Below are positions 45,388 through 53,629 of a stretch of 64,000 bases of DNA, one piece after another. The notes below the pieces were generated by a model. It was not told the origin of the DNA. It made no database searches and saw only the letters and a program-made list of their open reading frames with translations. How positions within the stretch are numbered: position 1 is the first letter of the stretch; each line of letters begins with the position of its first letter. Origin of the DNA: Syntrophobacteraceae bacterium (GTDB lineage Bacteria > Desulfobacterota > Syntrophobacteria > Syntrophobacterales > Syntrophobacteraceae); NCBI GenBank assembly GCA_052143075.1, contig JBKQTS010000037.1, positions 1,913-65,912 on the forward strand. The letters run 5' to 3'. The position numbers and the translations under genes were made by a program.

Positions 45388-45561
45388 ATGGAAGACGACT
45401 ATAAATTTGAAACGTTCAGCGCGGAAGCAAGTTCTTTTGACCGGGAATTCACAAGCTTCCTCAACAGCAAGTCGAGCGCATCCTGGAAGGTGCAGTCTTG
45501 CTCCTACTGCCATGACGAGGGCGGCAAGAAGTTCTATGCGTCCTGCATATTCAAGAAATAA
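45388..45561 (+). CDS. Hypothetical small protein (57 aa; below the ORF-track cutoff)
   Basis: ATG 45388 lies 7 nt after AAGGAGG. Translation: MEDDYKFETFSAEASSFDREFTSFLNSKSSASWKVQSCSYCHDEGGKKFYASCIFKK*. Confidence 0.5.
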   Translation: MEDDYKFETFSAEASSFDREFTSFLNSKSSASWKVQSCSYCHDEGGKKFYASCIFKK

Positions 45562-45664
45562 GTGGACAGCGGCGTCGATTGTTTGATTACATCCGCTGGG
45601 CGGGGGATAACCTCCGCCCTTATATTTTTTCCCTTCGGGTTGGTTGCCGGCTCAAGAGAAAATT

Positions 45665-46189
45665 CTACGGGAGCGGCTCAAAATTGGATGAATCAGGCGA
45701 GATCGGAGCTTTCTTTACCGTTTTGCGGGCGGGGCCGGCAGGGCTTTTCGGCAGTTGGACCAGAGCGAACCAGTATTCGCACAGAGACTGCATGGCATTG
45801 GCCATCTCGTCAAAGGACAAGGGCTTCAACATAATCGAGCTGGCTCCGATGTTATATCCGCGCGAGACGTCTCTGTGGTCCCTCGAAGAGGTAAGTATTA
45901 CGACGGGAATTTTTCGAAGGCCCTCGTGCGCTTTCAGATCCCTGAGCACCTCGAAGCCATTTTTCCCGGGCATATTTAAATCGAGCAGGATCAAATTCGG
46001 AGTTGGAACATCTGAATATCCGCCCCGCTGGAACAGAAAATTCATTGCCTCATCGCCATCTTCGGCCCAGTAGAGGTCCACTCTAAGCCGCTTCGATTCG
46101 AGTGCCTCTTTAACCAGGATAAAATCTTCCTCGTCGTCGTCAACCATGAGAATGGCAAAAGATGTGTCTTTTTGTTCTGAGTCAGCCAT
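45665..46189 (-). CDS. Stand-alone CheY-like response-regulator receiver protein
   Basis: ILMVDDDEEDFILVKEAL…, LILLDLNMPGKNGFEVLRDLK and PVVILTSS: the REC acidic pocket, phospho-Asp and T/S positions. The C-terminal ~45 aa are unassigned. Confidence 0.8.
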   Translation of the reverse strand: MADSEQKDTSFAILMVDDDEEDFILVKEALESKRLRVDLYWAEDGDEAMNFLFQRGGYSDVPTPNLILLDLNMPGKNGFEVLRDLKAHEGLRKIPVVILTSSRDHRDVSRGYNIGASSIMLKPLSFDEMANAMQSLCEYWFALVQLPKSPAGPARKTVKKAPISPDSSNFEPLP

Positions 46190-46359
46190 CGGTCTTATCC
46201 TCGAAACAAGGAGAAGGACAAAATCAAACTGCGCGCCCGAGGCGGAGCAGGGTCAATTTATGATTGGGAATGTGAGCGGGAAAAGTCTGCCAATCGGGAA
46301 GAACGTCCGAGTGCGCCATAGTCATCTGATGCATTGTAAGCGATAAAGAAAGGATCGGC

Positions 46360-46393
46360 AAGTTTAGGGTTGTTACAAGTTTAGGGTTGTTAC
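46360..46393 (+). repeat. Perfect tandem duplication of a 17-bp unit (AAGTTTAGGGTTGTTAC x2)
   Basis: 46360-46376 and 46377-46393 are identical. The duplication lies in the divergent intergenic region between the CheY-like gene and the PAS-CheW gene. Confidence 0.85.
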
Positions 46394-46674
46394 CGTGTGA
46401 TATGTGGCCTTAACTGTTAAAGATTCCGGCAGTCCCTGCCGAATAGGTATTTGGACAGCCGGATGGATTGTCTTGCTCGAAGCCTTATACCCGCTCTTCT
46501 CAAGCTATTCCGGGTAATAACCGGTTGAATTCCGGCGGAATTTACGAGTGGCGCGGAGATTTCACATGGCTTTGGAGCGGCTGTGCAGGGACGACCAGGG
46601 TATGGGATTTCGAAGTCCTTTTGAGGAAATGAACATATCACCATGGTGCAGCGCAAGGAGGGAGGCTTGGGGTC

Positions 46675-47535
46675 ATGGAAAAACCGGCGGTTGCGGAGTC
46701 AGGGAAAACAGCTAAAGTTCGGAACGCCGCTTTTAAAGGTTACAAAGATGGTACCAGCGAATTCCTGGGAGACCAGATCGAGAGCCTGATAGGCTACACT
46801 AGGCGGGACTTTAATTCAAAAGCCTGTAAATGGACGGATTTGATTATAGAAGAAGACAAGGCGCATATAAAGCAAGTCTTCGCGCAGGCGCTCAAGGGCG
46901 ACAAGACCTATATGAGAGAGTACAGGGTCCGGGCCAGAAATGGTGATATCCTGTGGCTCAGGGAGTGGAGCCAGATTGTCTGCACGGAGAATGGCGAGAT
47001 GGAATTCGTTACCGGCATTCTCATGGACATCACGGAAGAGAAGCAGCAGGAGATGCTGTTGCTAAGTTGCGAACGCAAAACCGGTAAGTATCTGACCTTT
47101 TCGGTGGCGAACGAAGACTATGGGATTTCAATAATGAAGGTAAAGGAAATCATAGAGGTAATGCCGGTTACTCCTATGCCCCAGACCCCTCCATATGTGA
47201 AAGGCGTTATAAATCTTCGAGGCAAAATTATTCCCGTCGCTGACCTGCGGGCTAAACTGGGGATACAGGAATCCGAATACACGGATCGCAGTTGCATTAT
47301 CGTACTTGAAACAACAAGGGAGGGGAGAACTATTTTGATAGGTATGGTTGTGGATTCGGTTTCAGAGGTCCTTCACATAAAAGGCGCCGACATCGAGGAT
47401 GTGAACGACTTCCTTCTTAAGTTCAACAGCGGCTGTGTGCTCGGGATGGCCAAAATGGCCAGCGGTATTAAAATGATCCTGGATGTGGACACAGTGCTGG
47501 GTGATGTTGATGTTGGGGCGGCTGTAAACTTCTAA
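46675..47535 (+). CDS. PAS-CheW fusion protein
   Basis: N-terminal PAS-like segment (…IEEDKAHIKQVFAQALKGDKTYMREYRVRARNGDILWLREWSQIV…GILMDITEEK). C-terminal CheW domain (KYLTFSVANEDYGISIMKVKEIIEVMPVTPMPQTPPYVKGVINLRGKIIPVADLRAKLG). AAGGAGGGAGG lies upstream of the ATG. Confidence 0.8.
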   Translation: MEKPAVAESGKTAKVRNAAFKGYKDGTSEFLGDQIESLIGYTRRDFNSKACKWTDLIIEEDKAHIKQVFAQALKGDKTYMREYRVRARNGDILWLREWSQIVCTENGEMEFVTGILMDITEEKQQEMLLLSCERKTGKYLTFSVANEDYGISIMKVKEIIEVMPVTPMPQTPPYVKGVINLRGKIIPVADLRAKLGIQESEYTDRSCIIVLETTREGRTILIGMVVDSVSEVLHIKGADIEDVNDFLLKFNSGCVLGMAKMASGIKMILDVDTVLGDVDVGAAVNF

Positions 47536-47730
47536 ACGAGACTGCTTCATGATGAAATGAATCTTAATCCCCGTTCAGTCAAAAATATGGAAAACGTCCG
47601 GACCTTTGCCCGGTCTCAACGTCAGATAGTTTCCATCGGAATTTTTGTCCTGAAATAATCCTTTTCCGCATCCGGCACGGCAATGAAGCCATCGCATTTA
47701 TGCAAAAGTGCACCGGTCCGCACTTTAAGG

Positions 47731-48204
47731 CTAGGGCTGTGGATCTTTCTTCTCGGCCTCTTTCCCCGGGCTCAAGAACAGGTCGAGCAAGGATTCCCAT
47801 GGTGTAGCAACAGGCAGGGTTTTGCGGGCAATCGTGGAGAAGTCCTTGCCAACATCGAGCCACCTCTTGAATTGCTCATCAAAGGAGGCTTTGTAAAACA
47901 GGTAGTTTTTGACGGTGAGTTCCAGATATTTTTCAAAAAACTCTCTCAATGCATTTTCACCGTGCTGGATCACCAGGTGGAGAAAAGACACAGGCAGAAG
48001 AATGTTCTTGTTCTTCGCCTCTTCTACGATGATTTGGGATAGGATGAAGGCAGTGACATCTTCGGAAGTCTTGGCGTCGATTACCGAAACCTGGCGGCCG
48101 GCCCTTATGAGTTCGCTGACCTGTTCAAGGGTTATGTAGGCGCTCTTTTCAGGGTCGTAGATCCGCCTGTTCGCGTATTTTTTCAGAACAATTTTTTCAG
48201 CCAT
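47731..48204 (-). CDS. phaR: Polyhydroxyalkanoate synthesis repressor PhaR
   Basis: Trimmed to ATG 48204. MAEKIVLKKYANRRIYDPEKSAYITLEQVSELIRAGRQVSVIDAKTSEDVTAFILSQIIVEE is the conserved PhaR N-terminus. Confidence 0.8.
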   Translation of the reverse strand: MAEKIVLKKYANRRIYDPEKSAYITLEQVSELIRAGRQVSVIDAKTSEDVTAFILSQIIVEEAKNKNILLPVSFLHLVIQHGENALREFFEKYLELTVKNYLFYKASFDEQFKRWLDVGKDFSTIARKTLPVATPWESLLDLFLSPGKEAEKKDPQP

Positions 48205-48394
48205 TATTTGATCCAGCCGCGTTTTGATGCAAAGCAGCAATAATTACAGTCTATTATAATGCACGGCCAGGTTTTACGCTACCATAAAATCTTTGTGCAT
48301 CGCACAATTCCCCCCTTGACTCCCCAATTTGGATTATTATACTTCACTTCAGCTTGTCGAGACGGGAATTTATCTAAAAACAATGGAGGCAGAA

Positions 48395-48664
48395 ATGAAC
48401 CAGTTTAATTTCGCAAAACAGATGCTCGATTTCAACAGGACCACCTTCGAAAACACCTACGGCGCCGTCTGCATGGTCCAGGAGCAGTCGGAAAAAATGA
48501 TGAACTCCTTAATGGAACAGGCGACCTGGATGCCAAGCGAGGGGAAGAAGGCCATGGCCGATATGGCTGCCATGTGCAAGAAAAGCTGCTCGGAATTCAA
48601 GAAGGCTATGGATGAGAACTTCGTAAGAGCGGAAGCTCTTTTCAAGACTGCAGACCAGGCCTGA
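48395..48664 (+). CDS. Phasin-like small helical protein (tentative)
   Basis: ATG 48395 lies 6 nt after GGAGG. It encodes an 89-aa Met/Lys/Glu-rich helical protein, divergent from phaR. The call rests on context and composition only. Confidence 0.4.
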   Translation: MNQFNFAKQMLDFNRTTFENTYGAVCMVQEQSEKMMNSLMEQATWMPSEGKKAMADMAAMCKKSCSEFKKAMDENFVRAEALFKTADQA

Positions 48665-48887
48665 TGAGAGGCGGCTGCGTGGCCTCACCCTCCATTGTGC
48701 GTATTCGGATCGTGCCGGCACGGGTTTGATACGGAAATCCAGTGCCTTTTCGCCAGCCGGCGGGCCTGCTCGCATTACCTGATCGTATCGCTCCGGATCT
48801 GACTGCCGGAATGTGCAAAACACCGCACAAACACTTGAAACAACTGAAGCGCCGCCCGCTTACGCATAACCCGTGCCGGCCCAAGAC

Positions 48888-48925
48888 GCTCACCCTGATC
48901 TGACCACGACCAGAGGCGGGGCCGG
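48888..48925 (+). repeat. Short dispersed repeat, family 3, copy 3
   Basis: gctcaccctgatctgaccacgaccagaggcggggccgg. Confidence 0.6.
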
Positions 48926-49039
48926 CGGCGGGTGGCCCTCATCCCTTCAAAACCTTAACAAACTCACGCCTGCCAACCGCCGATATCGGTGGGTTGGCTG
49001 AAAAAAAGCAGTAACGCGATGTTCCTTCCATCAGGCCGT

Positions 49040-49612
49040 TCAGGCCATCCCTTCCAGCCAAAGAACGCTTAGATCGATCTCTATCTCCTGAAACGGTTCG
49101 ACGCGCACCTTCTCATCTTCGGAAAAGGCCCCCAGCAGGCTCCACCTGCCCGATTCGAGCCGAAATACTTCCAGGATTTTGGCAACGGGATCGACCAGCC
49201 AGAAATGTGGTACTCCATATCGGCTGTAGAGGGGCATTTTTTTTACTCTGTCAACGCGCAATGTGCCGGGTGAGAGCACCTCGCACGCCCAATCGGGCGT
49301 GATGGAGATCCAATTGGTCTCGCCAGTCTTTGGATACCGTTCCTTTTTCCATCCAGCCAGATCGGGGACCACGACATCCTCGCCGAACTTGACTTCCGGT
49401 TCAACGAGGATGATCCAGCCGCCCGGTCCGCCCCCTTCGCCAAATTGATACGGTGAGCCAATTTTCTTATCCAGCGCAGAGGCGGTGTAGACATGCTTTG
49501 GCGATGGCCTGGGCGTGACGATGAGTTCGCCGTTAATGATCTCGCCGGTCATATTTTCCGGGATACCGTACAGGTCGTTATAACCTGCCTTCTTTTTCGC
49601 CGCTTCTGACAT
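49040..49612 (-). CDS. Uma2-family (DUF820) putative endonuclease
   Basis: …GEIINGELIVTPRPSPKHVYTAS…VVPDLAGW…PDWACEVLSPGTLRVDRVKKMPLYSRYGVPHFWLVDP… follows the Uma2 PD-(D/E)XK pattern. Confidence 0.75.
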   Translation of the reverse strand: MSEAAKKKAGYNDLYGIPENMTGEIINGELIVTPRPSPKHVYTASALDKKIGSPYQFGEGGGPGGWIILVEPEVKFGEDVVVPDLAGWKKERYPKTGETNWISITPDWACEVLSPGTLRVDRVKKMPLYSRYGVPHFWLVDPVAKILEVFRLESGRWSLLGAFSEDEKVRVEPFQEIEIDLSVLWLEGMA

Positions 49613-49940
49613 GGTTTCCCTTCATTCCGGCAGCGCCAACGGCCAATCTTTGTGGATCTGCGAGATGCGCAAACACTCGTTTTCTGTTGTGGGACTAATA
49701 CCGGGTGATGTTCTTAAACGGATGTCATGACTATGGCAGATTTTACGTAACTCCTTCAGAGTAAAAAACTGGTTCGGTTTTGGCGGCTTATTCCCGGGGT
49801 GACGTCCGCGAGGCGCGGGACTTACCCCGGGCTATATTATGTAGCCCCTTCGGGGCAGGAAAATCCGGACCACAAGTACTCACTTGCCTGATGGCCCTTA
49901 CACGAGGTGGAAAACACCAAATCCCCACTGCCTCCGCGAT

Positions 49941-49985
49941 GAGTGAACAGTGGCCAGTGAACAGTGGCCAGTGAACAGTGAGCAG
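49941..49985 (+). repeat. Three tandem copies of a 14-bp unit (CAGTGAACAGTGGC)
   Basis: gagtgaacagtggc cagtgaacagtggc cagtgaacagtgagc. Related TCACT/ATTCAC-type tracts occur near 21240, 23070, 23915 and 40270. Confidence 0.75.
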
Positions 49986-50002
49986 AAAAAGCTTTCAAAC
50001 CC

Positions 50003-50070
50003 GAATCCCCCTGCCCCCGTTTACAAAAGGGGGGGAATACGAAGAGCATTGCATTTGCGACACAGTCTCC
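50003..50070 (+). repeat. Hairpin repeat, family 2, copy 2
   Basis: gaatccccctgcccccgtttacaaaagggggggaatacgaagagcattgcatttgcgacacagtctcc. It is collinear with 33720..33809. Confidence 0.6.
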
Positions 50071-50923
50071 TTCACCGTAATGACGCGCTTATTCCTTGCA
50101 GCTCCCCGTCTTTATTTGAGCGCTTATGAGGCTATGCCCATCCCGGCCGGCGGCCCTCCGCCCTACAAACTCATGCCGCTCAGCCATTCTTCCAATTTTA
50201 TCGGAAGCTTAGGGGACCAGAAAAGCTTCATGTTTTTGTGTAGTAACCCCACATTTCAACGTGGGAAGCTATCTGAAAGTCAGACCAAGGGATTCCCAGT
50301 CCCATGCATACTGTTACCTGTAGCCAATCGAGATTCACTCTATGCTGAACCAAGGCATGCTGACAGGACAAACCAGAGGCCAGCCAGCTCGCAAGTCCAG
50401 GTAGCAGGTCCAGCATACCAGCCATCCCCGCGCGGTCAAGAGGAAACCTTTATACCCGCGTATTACGGGGCAGAAGGCCTATGGGGGATACCCTCCTTGC
50501 CTCAGGCCGCACGTCAACCTTTGACATTTTATCTCCAAATTCAAGGCTTGGCCATTGGTTCTTCCACCGCTTCTCCCTGCCTTGCCCTATCGGTTACCGG
50601 GGAGGAGTAGCTCCACCTTGGATTGGCTCTGGCAAAGGCTTTCTGAGGTGCCCTCAGAATGGCCAAAAAGGACCTCAGAACGCATATCTCAGAGGCCATA
50701 GTCGGACATGGATCGTGGCCAGAAGTGCCCGCAGAGGGGCGACCAGAGGGTTGGCTTCCAAGGGTGCATGGCTCATGCAAGAAGTTGGTGGCGTATATGT
50801 CGCAAAACAGGTAAGATTGCCTTTCGAGAACTGGATAATTCGATGTATTCTGCTTAGTTATTGAAACAGAGTACCTCGATCAGCTTCTACTCTTACCCGG
50901 TTGCATGTTTGAGGAGGTGATGG

Positions 50924-51832
50924 ATGTGGTGGCGTCTAGTCTTTTTGGTGTCAGTGTTCCATCTGATGGTCTTTTCTCTCGCTTCTGCCGGTTTCGATGA
51001 CGGCAAAGCGGCCTATGACACAGGCGATTACGCTAAAGCATATAGAGAGTTTAAGGAGTTGGCGGGCCAGGAACATGCTAATGCACAATCATGGCTGGGA
51101 AGGATGTATGCTGAGGGTCATGCGGTGCCTCAGGACTATGCCGAGGCAGTGAGGTGGTATCGCAAGTCTGCGGACAAGGGGGATGGCCTTGGGCTTTTTC
51201 TCCTGGGAGCCGCGTACTATGATGGCCATGGAGTACCACAGGACTATGCCGAGGCTGTGAAGTGGCTTCGCAAGGCGGCGGACCAAGGATATTCCTCAGC
51301 AGAATCGTTATTGGGAATCATGTACGATAACGGCCATGGCGTGCCGCAGGATTACGCCGAGGCTCTGAAATGGTACCGGAAGGCGGCGGATCAGGGAAAT
51401 GCTGTCGCGCAATGGCGTCTGGGACACAGGTACTACACCGGACAAGGTGTGCAGCAAGACTACACCGAGGCTGTAAGGTGGTACCGGAAGGCGGCGGACC
51501 AGGGACACGTTTACGCTCAAGTTAATCTCGCAGCCATGTATGCTGAGGGCCATGCGGTACCTCGCGACTATGCCGAGGCAGAGAAGTGGTTCCGCAAGGC
51601 AGCAGACCAAGGAGATGCTCTTGCACAATTTGATTTGGGATTGATGTATGCCAAAGGCGAAGGTATCACGCAGGACTTTTCGCAAGCCTATATGTGGTAT
51701 AGTCTAGCGGCTGCATTGGGCAATTCTGATGCTCAGAAGCAAAGAGACAAGGTCGCCAAGAAGATGACCCCATCCCAGATAGCAGAGGCGAAACGCCTTG
51801 CAAGCGAGTGGAAGCCGAAGGGCAAAGACTAG
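50924..51832 (+). CDS. Secreted Sel1-repeat (SLR/TPR-like) protein, about seven repeats
   Basis: GAGGAGG lies 6 nt upstream of the ATG. A signal peptide is followed by repeated …A..WYRKAADQG.A.AQ..LG.MY..G.GVPQDY.EA… units of 36 aa (108 bp). Confidence 0.85.
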   Translation: MWWRLVFLVSVFHLMVFSLASAGFDDGKAAYDTGDYAKAYREFKELAGQEHANAQSWLGRMYAEGHAVPQDYAEAVRWYRKSADKGDGLGLFLLGAAYYDGHGVPQDYAEAVKWLRKAADQGYSSAESLLGIMYDNGHGVPQDYAEALKWYRKAADQGNAVAQWRLGHRYYTGQGVQQDYTEAVRWYRKAADQGHVYAQVNLAAMYAEGHAVPRDYAEAEKWFRKAADQGDALAQFDLGLMYAKGEGITQDFSQAYMWYSLAAALGNSDAQKQRDKVAKKMTPSQIAEAKRLASEWKPKGKD

Positions 51833-51985
51833 GGCTTGCCCAACTCCTCTTATCAATGACTGGGCAATGAGCGTAAATTGTCCCTATTCTGAACACACCC
51901 TTTAGGACTGGCGCGGGTTTGCATCTGGCTCGGGGCCTCGAGAACTGGACAAACTGACCAAGGGCTGACAAGTTCGAGTTCAGTA

Positions 51986-52657
51986 TCAATCACCGTCTAT
52001 CCCAGCAAAGCCTTCCTGTAACAAGGTCCTGGCCTCCTGCTGCCGTTCCGCCTGCTTCCTCTCGTGTATCCTGACAAAGGCCACAAAGGTCTTGAACCCC
52101 TCGATCAACATGGTGCCGAGCTGGCCTATGGTGCGCGGTGGGATTTCTTTATAGGCACGTCTCACCCTGCCACTATAAGAGTTTTCATAGAGGCCGATGT
52201 TTGCATCACTGATTGACCTGAAGCGCCGGACTAACTCAAAGGCAAAACCCTCGTCGGACCTGAAGCGGTGTGGATTGTCATCCATGTGGAGGTACATTCC
52301 TGCTACCACGCTGCCACACTGCACAGCCGAGAAGTCCCTGAATACCGTTAGCACCGCCTGTGCTGCCTGTACCTTGTGCTTATTCATCGCTCTACCATGT
52401 TCGTAATCGCTGGTGATACCTTCAGCGTAGTCTCGCATGATACCCACCACCTTCTCAAGACCTGCCAGTATCTTCCCGGACTTGTCCCTCTCGACAATCT
52501 TCTCCACTCGTTCTGCGTAGGGCTTAATCTCACTGGCCCCGATAGACTCCTGCCGTGGATCTCCGTGCCGCCGCTTCCGTTGCCGGTGTTGTTCGCACAT
52601 CGCCCCGAACCTACTGGTAGCGGCTCTACTGCATCTCGGCACGCTGCAACTTCCCAT
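51986..52657 (-). CDS. Hypothetical protein with N-terminal Cys/His zinc-finger-like motif
   Basis: AAAGGAGGGG lies upstream. The N-terminus MGSCSVPRCSRAATSRFGAMCEQHRQRKRRHGDP matches the widespread C-x3-C…C-x2-H-x6-RHGDP motif seen in mobile-element proteins. The rest is unassigned. Confidence 0.55.
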   Translation of the reverse strand: MGSCSVPRCSRAATSRFGAMCEQHRQRKRRHGDPRQESIGASEIKPYAERVEKIVERDKSGKILAGLEKVVGIMRDYAEGITSDYEHGRAMNKHKVQAAQAVLTVFRDFSAVQCGSVVAGMYLHMDDNPHRFRSDEGFAFELVRRFRSISDANIGLYENSYSGRVRRAYKEIPPRTIGQLGTMLIEGFKTFVAFVRIHERKQAERQQEARTLLQEGFAGIDGD

Positions 52658-52743
52658 CCTGTGACCCCTCCTTTTCTCTCGGTGAACAGCCTATAAACTA
52701 AGGACTACAGCCACTTTGGAGTCCCATTTCGGCACCTAGTGAG

Positions 52744-52805
52744 TGTTCATTGTGAACAGTTGCTCCACCTAGATTGACATCTGGTGAGCATCCAGCTATG
52801 TCAAT
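52744..52805. promoter_or_regulatory. Operator-like palindromes in the intergenic region of the element
   Basis: TGTTCA-ttg-TGAACA is a perfect 6-3-6 palindrome (52744-52758). ATTGACAT…ATGTCAAT lies at 52773-52805. TTGACA hexamers are present on both strands. Confidence 0.45.
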
Positions 52806-52843
52806 GTGTAGCATTGGTTCACCCCCAGCACTCCTCCCCATTC

Positions 52844-53557
52844 TCAAAAGGGTTCTTCATAAGGCAACCATTCTTCACTATCCTTCATCTCCTGTAACAC
52901 CTCTTCAACACGATAGATCAACTCCCCCCGCTCACGAGCACTGCCCACACCTCTGAATAGAGTCAGAGCCTCATTCAGTGCCTTGTGCGCCATGTCCTTG
53001 AAGTCTGCTTCAGGTTCAACAGGTCGATCACCGGTGGTGATTGTCTCTGCCTTTTCCCTGTTGTAATACTGGTTGGCAATCTCGGGGTACTCCTTTTGCA
53101 TCCAACCTCTTACGGCATTAAGGCTATATTCCCCGCCCAACTCCTTGACAATATCCCTGTAGCTCTTTGCCCTTCCATCATCTCCAAGGTACTTCTCAGC
53201 CTTTATATACGGGTGAAACATCTCCTTGATCTCCCCCCGCTTCAATGTCTTGCCGTGTGCTGTGTTGGCCTGTGCTGCCAACCAAGGAAGCTCTTTCCGT
53301 TTGACCTTGATTACCTGGGCTTTCACCCAGACTGCGCCGTTTCTCTCCTGTGCCTCCAGCCTGTGCCACCCATCGTACAGCATCAGCACCTTCCCCACCT
53401 GGGCAAGCTTTATGGGTGGCATGTCCACCTCATTCTTGTACTTCTTAGCGTACTTCCGAACAGTGGCAGGGTCCATCTTGAACCGTGGCTGTACTTTCCC
53501 ATCCCGCACAATGTCAGCAATTCGGACTTCCTCAACATCACCACCATTGTTGCTCAT
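52844..53557 (-). CDS. ParB-like N-terminal (nuclease/sulfiredoxin-fold) domain protein
   Basis: …VEEVRIADIVRDGKVQPRFKMDPATVRKYAKKYKNEVDMPPIKLAQVGKVLMLYDGWHRLEA… contains the DGxHR-type ParB box. The start is ambiguous: ATG 53557 or GTG 53608. Confidence 0.6.
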   Translation of the reverse strand: MSNNGGDVEEVRIADIVRDGKVQPRFKMDPATVRKYAKKYKNEVDMPPIKLAQVGKVLMLYDGWHRLEAQERNGAVWVKAQVIKVKRKELPWLAAQANTAHGKTLKRGEIKEMFHPYIKAEKYLGDDGRAKSYRDIVKELGGEYSLNAVRGWMQKEYPEIANQYYNREKAETITTGDRPVEPEADFKDMAHKALNEALTLFRGVGSARERGELIYRVEEVLQEMKDSEEWLPYEEPF

Positions 53558-53629
53558 TATCTGAATACCATACCCTTTCGATATAGAATTGTGTACACAG
53601 GTACTCACAGACAGCCATGCTTTAAATCT

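Noticed and set aside
49941-49985. Possible CRISPR-like array (tandem 14-mers); the 16-mers at 45325..45372 and 17-mers at 46360..46393 were also considered
   Set aside because: The units are directly adjacent with no spacers, number only 2-3 copies, are far shorter than CRISPR repeats, and have no cas genes in the window.
49978-50610. 210-aa plus-strand ORF in the non-coding stretch
   Set aside because: It starts inside the family-2 repeat, has no SD, and is Pro/Ser/Gly-rich low-complexity with no motif. It is treated as non-coding and reported as a finding instead.
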